Origin: Macrostomum lignano
Taxonomy: Eukaryota
Direction of reading: 5' to 3'
Assembly: GCA_002269645.1 (NCBI GenBank)
Contig: NIVC01001995.1
Span: forward strand, 62,001 to 126,000
Length of the DNA stretch: 64,000 bases
The translations under genes and the position numbers were made by a program. The notes beneath the pieces are model-generated. The model saw only the letters and a list, made by a program, of their open reading frames with translations, was not told the DNA's origin and made no database searches. Shown here piece by piece: positions 60,601-64,000 of the stretch; positions within the stretch are counted from its first letter, which is position 1; every line of letters starts with the position of its first letter.

Positions 60601-63600
60601 TTACATGACGCTTCTATGATTTTTTACATGACGCTTCTATGATTTTTATATTACGCTCTTACGATTTTTTACATGACTCTTCTATGATTTTTACATGACG
60701 CTTTAATGATTTTTTCATGACGCTTCTACGATTTTTTACAAGAAGCTTCTATGATTGTTTACATGACGCTTCTATGATTGTTTGCATGACGCTTCTATGA
60801 TTGTTTACATGACGCTTCTATGATTTTTTACATGACACTTCTATGCTTTTTACATGATGCTTCCACGATTTTTTACATGACGCTTCTATGATTGTTTACA
60901 TGACGCTTCTATGATTTTTTACATGACACTTCTATGCTTTTTACATGATGCTTCCACGATTTTTTACATGACACTTCTATGATTTTTTAAATGACGCTTC
61001 TACGATTTTTTACATGACGCTTTTATGATGTTTTAGATGACGCTTCTATGATTTTTTACATGACGCTTCTATGATTTTTACATGACGCTTCTATGATTGT
61101 TTACACGATGCTTCTATGATTGTTTACATGACGCTTCTATGATTTTTTACATGACGCTTCTATGATTTTTACATGACGCTTCTATGATTTTTAAATGACG
61201 TTTTTTTGATTTTTATATGACGTCTCTATGATTTTTTAAATGACGCTTCTATGATTTTTATATTACGCTCTTACGATTTTTTACATGACTCTTCTATGAT
61301 TTTTACATGACGCTTTAATGATTTTTTCATGACGCTTCTACGATTTTTTACAAGAAGCTTCTATGATTGTTTACATGACGCTTCTATGATTGTTTGCATG
61401 ACGCTTCTATGATTGTTTACATGGCGCTTCTATGATTGTTTACATGACGCTTCTATGATTGTTTATATGACGCTTCTATGATTTTTTACATGACGCTTCT
61501 ATGATTGTTTACACGATGCTTCTATGATTTTTTTCATGACGCTTTTATGATTTTTTACATGACGCTTCTATGATTTTTACATGACGCTTCTATGATTTTT
61601 ACATGACGCTTCTATGATTGTTTACATGACGCTTCTATGATTGTTTATATGACGCTTCTATGATTTTTTACATGACGCTTCTATGATTTTTACATGACGC
61701 TTCTATGATTGTTTACACGATGCTTCTATGATTTTTTACATGACGCTTCTATGATTTTTTACATGACGCTTCTATGATTTTTACATGGCGCTTCTATGAT
61801 TGTTTACATGGCGCTTCTATGATTGTTTACATGACGCTTCTATGATTGTTTATATGACGCTTCTATGATTTTTTACATGACGCTTCTATGATTGTTTACA
61901 CGATGCTTCTATGATTTTTTTCATGACGCTTTTATGATTTTTTACATGACGCTTCTATGATTTTTACATGACGCTTCTATGATTTTTACATGACGCTTCT
62001 ATGATTGTTTACATGACGCTTCTATGATTGTTTATATGACGCTTCTATGATTTTTTACATGACGCTTCTATGATTTTTTACATGACGCTTCTATGATTGT
62101 TTACACGATGCTTCTATGATTTTTTACATGACGCTTCTATGATTTTTTACATGACGCTTCTATGATTATTTCATGACGCTTCTACGATTTCTGCAGGACG
62201 CTTCAATGATTTTTACATGACGCTTCTATGATTTTTACATGACGCTTCTATGATTGTTTGCATGACGCTTCTATGATTGTTTATATGACGCTTCTATGCT
62301 TTTTACATGACGCTTCTATGATTTTTTACATGACGCTACTATGATTTTTACATTACGCTTCTATGATTGTTTACATGACGCTTCCATGATTGTTTACATG
62401 ACGCTTCTATGATTTTTTACATGACGCTTCTATGATTGTTTACATGACGCTTCTATGATTGTTTACATGACGCTTCTATGATTTTTAAATGACGTTTTTT
62501 TGATTTTTATATGACGCCTCTATGATTTTTTAAATGACGCTTCTATGATTTTTATATTACGCTCTTACGATTTTTTACATGACTCTTCTATGATTTTTAC
62601 ATGACGCTTTAATGATTTTTTCATGACGCTTCTACGATTTTTTACAAGAAGTTTCTATGATTGTTTACATGACGCTTCTATGATTGTTTGCATGACGCTT
62701 CTATGATTGTTTACATGACGCTTCTATGATTTTTTACATGACACTTCTATGCTTTTTACATGATGCTTCCACGATTTTTTACATGACGCTTCTATGATTG
62801 TTTGCATGACGCTTCTATGATTGTTTACATGACGCTTCTATGATTGTTTGCATGACACTTCTATGATTTTTTACATGACGCTTCTATGATTTTTTACATG
62901 ACACTTCTATGCTTTTTACATGATGCTTCCACGATTTTTTACATGACGCTTCTATGATTGTTTACATGACGCTTCTATGATTGTTTGCATGACGCTTCTA
63001 TGATTGTTTACATGACGCTTCTATGATTTTTACATGACACTTCTATGCTTTTTACATGATGCTTCCACGATTTTTTACATGACGCTTCTATGATTGTTTA
63101 CATGACGCTTCTATGATTTTTTACATGACACTTCTATGCTTTTTACATGATGCTTCCACGATTTTTTACATGACACTTCTATGATTTTTTAAATGACGCT
63201 TCTACGATTTTTTACATGACGCTTTTATGATGTTTTAGATGACGCTTCTATGATTTTTTACATGACGCTTCTATGATTTTTAAATGACGCTTCTATGATT
63301 GTTTACACGATGCTTCTATGATTTTTTACATGACGCTTCTATGATTTTTTACATGACGCTTCTATGATTTTTACATGACGCTTCTATGATTTTTACATGA
63401 CGCTTCTATGATTGTTTACATGACGCTTCTATGATTGTTTATATGACGCTTCTATGATTTTTTACATGACGCTTCTATGATTTTTTACATGACGCTTCTA
63501 TGATTTTTTACATGACGCTTCTATGATTGTTTACATGACGCTTCTATGATTTTTTACATGACGCTTCTATGATTGTTTACATGACGCTTCTATGATTGTT

Positions 63601-64000
63601 TACATGACGCTTCTATGATTTTTTACATGACGCTTCTATGCTTTTTACATGATGCTTCCACGATTTTTTACATGACACTTCCACGATTTTTTACATGACG
63701 CTTCTATGATTTTTTACATGACGCTTTTATGATTTTTTTAGTTTTCTTGGCGTTAAAAAGCTTTAATTAAAAAAACTCTACTCTCTAAAAATTCGAACCA
63801 TCGTTTCTGCATTTAGCAGTTCAGTCTGTTTACCTCTAGGCTAGCTCTCATCGTTTTGATAACATGAATTCAGCACTTATAATTATAAGTTTCAAAACTC
63901 CAAGCATAGAGTAAATCACACGAGGCAGTTATTACATAATCAATTTCTCAGTCAGTCAGTATCAGTTAACAATATTGTTGCGCAATCTAAATCAAGTCTG
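57666..64000 (-). mobile_element. Helitron-like element (copy 2), inverted relative to copy 1, runs off the right edge
   Basis: 57666-58720 is the reverse complement of about 32450-33564, including the hairpin and CTAG end; 63740-64000 is the reverse complement of about 29960-30230. Confidence 0.85.
58730..63740. repeat. ~5 kb array of the ~23-bp satellite (ATGACGCTTCTATGATTKTTTAC)n inside Helitron copy 2
   Basis: Reverse complement of the copy 1 satellite; recurring variant blocks indicate higher-order structure. Confidence 0.95.

Overview
Eukaryotic (metazoan) genomic DNA. GC-rich exons, minisatellite-filled introns and TTAGGG tracts suggest a flatworm such as Macrostomum (inference only). 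Every gene I can support is on the minus strand. Left to right: (1) a RIM/unc-10 active-zone gene, 14 exons in the window (Zn finger, PDZ, C2A, C2B), running off the left edge; (2) a 3-exon PINK1-like kinase; (3) a tandem array of eight paralogs (A-H, about 22.7-56.6 kb) of a family I cannot name. These encode an N-terminal coiled coil, a hypervariable linker and a Cys-rich six-bladed NHL-like beta-propeller, with no RING or B-box. One phase-2 intron after blade 2 is conserved in every propeller. A-E look intact. F has a doubled propeller and a Helitron-like insertion at an A^T site in its first coding exon. G has a +1 frameshift. H is coiled coil only. Three related Helitron-like elements carry tRNA-like A/B boxes and internal satellites. 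A LINE 3' fragment, a hAT MITE, a probable solo LTR and a probable SINE are also present. All gene models were built by eye from GT-AG sites and reading-frame continuity; no database searches were run.
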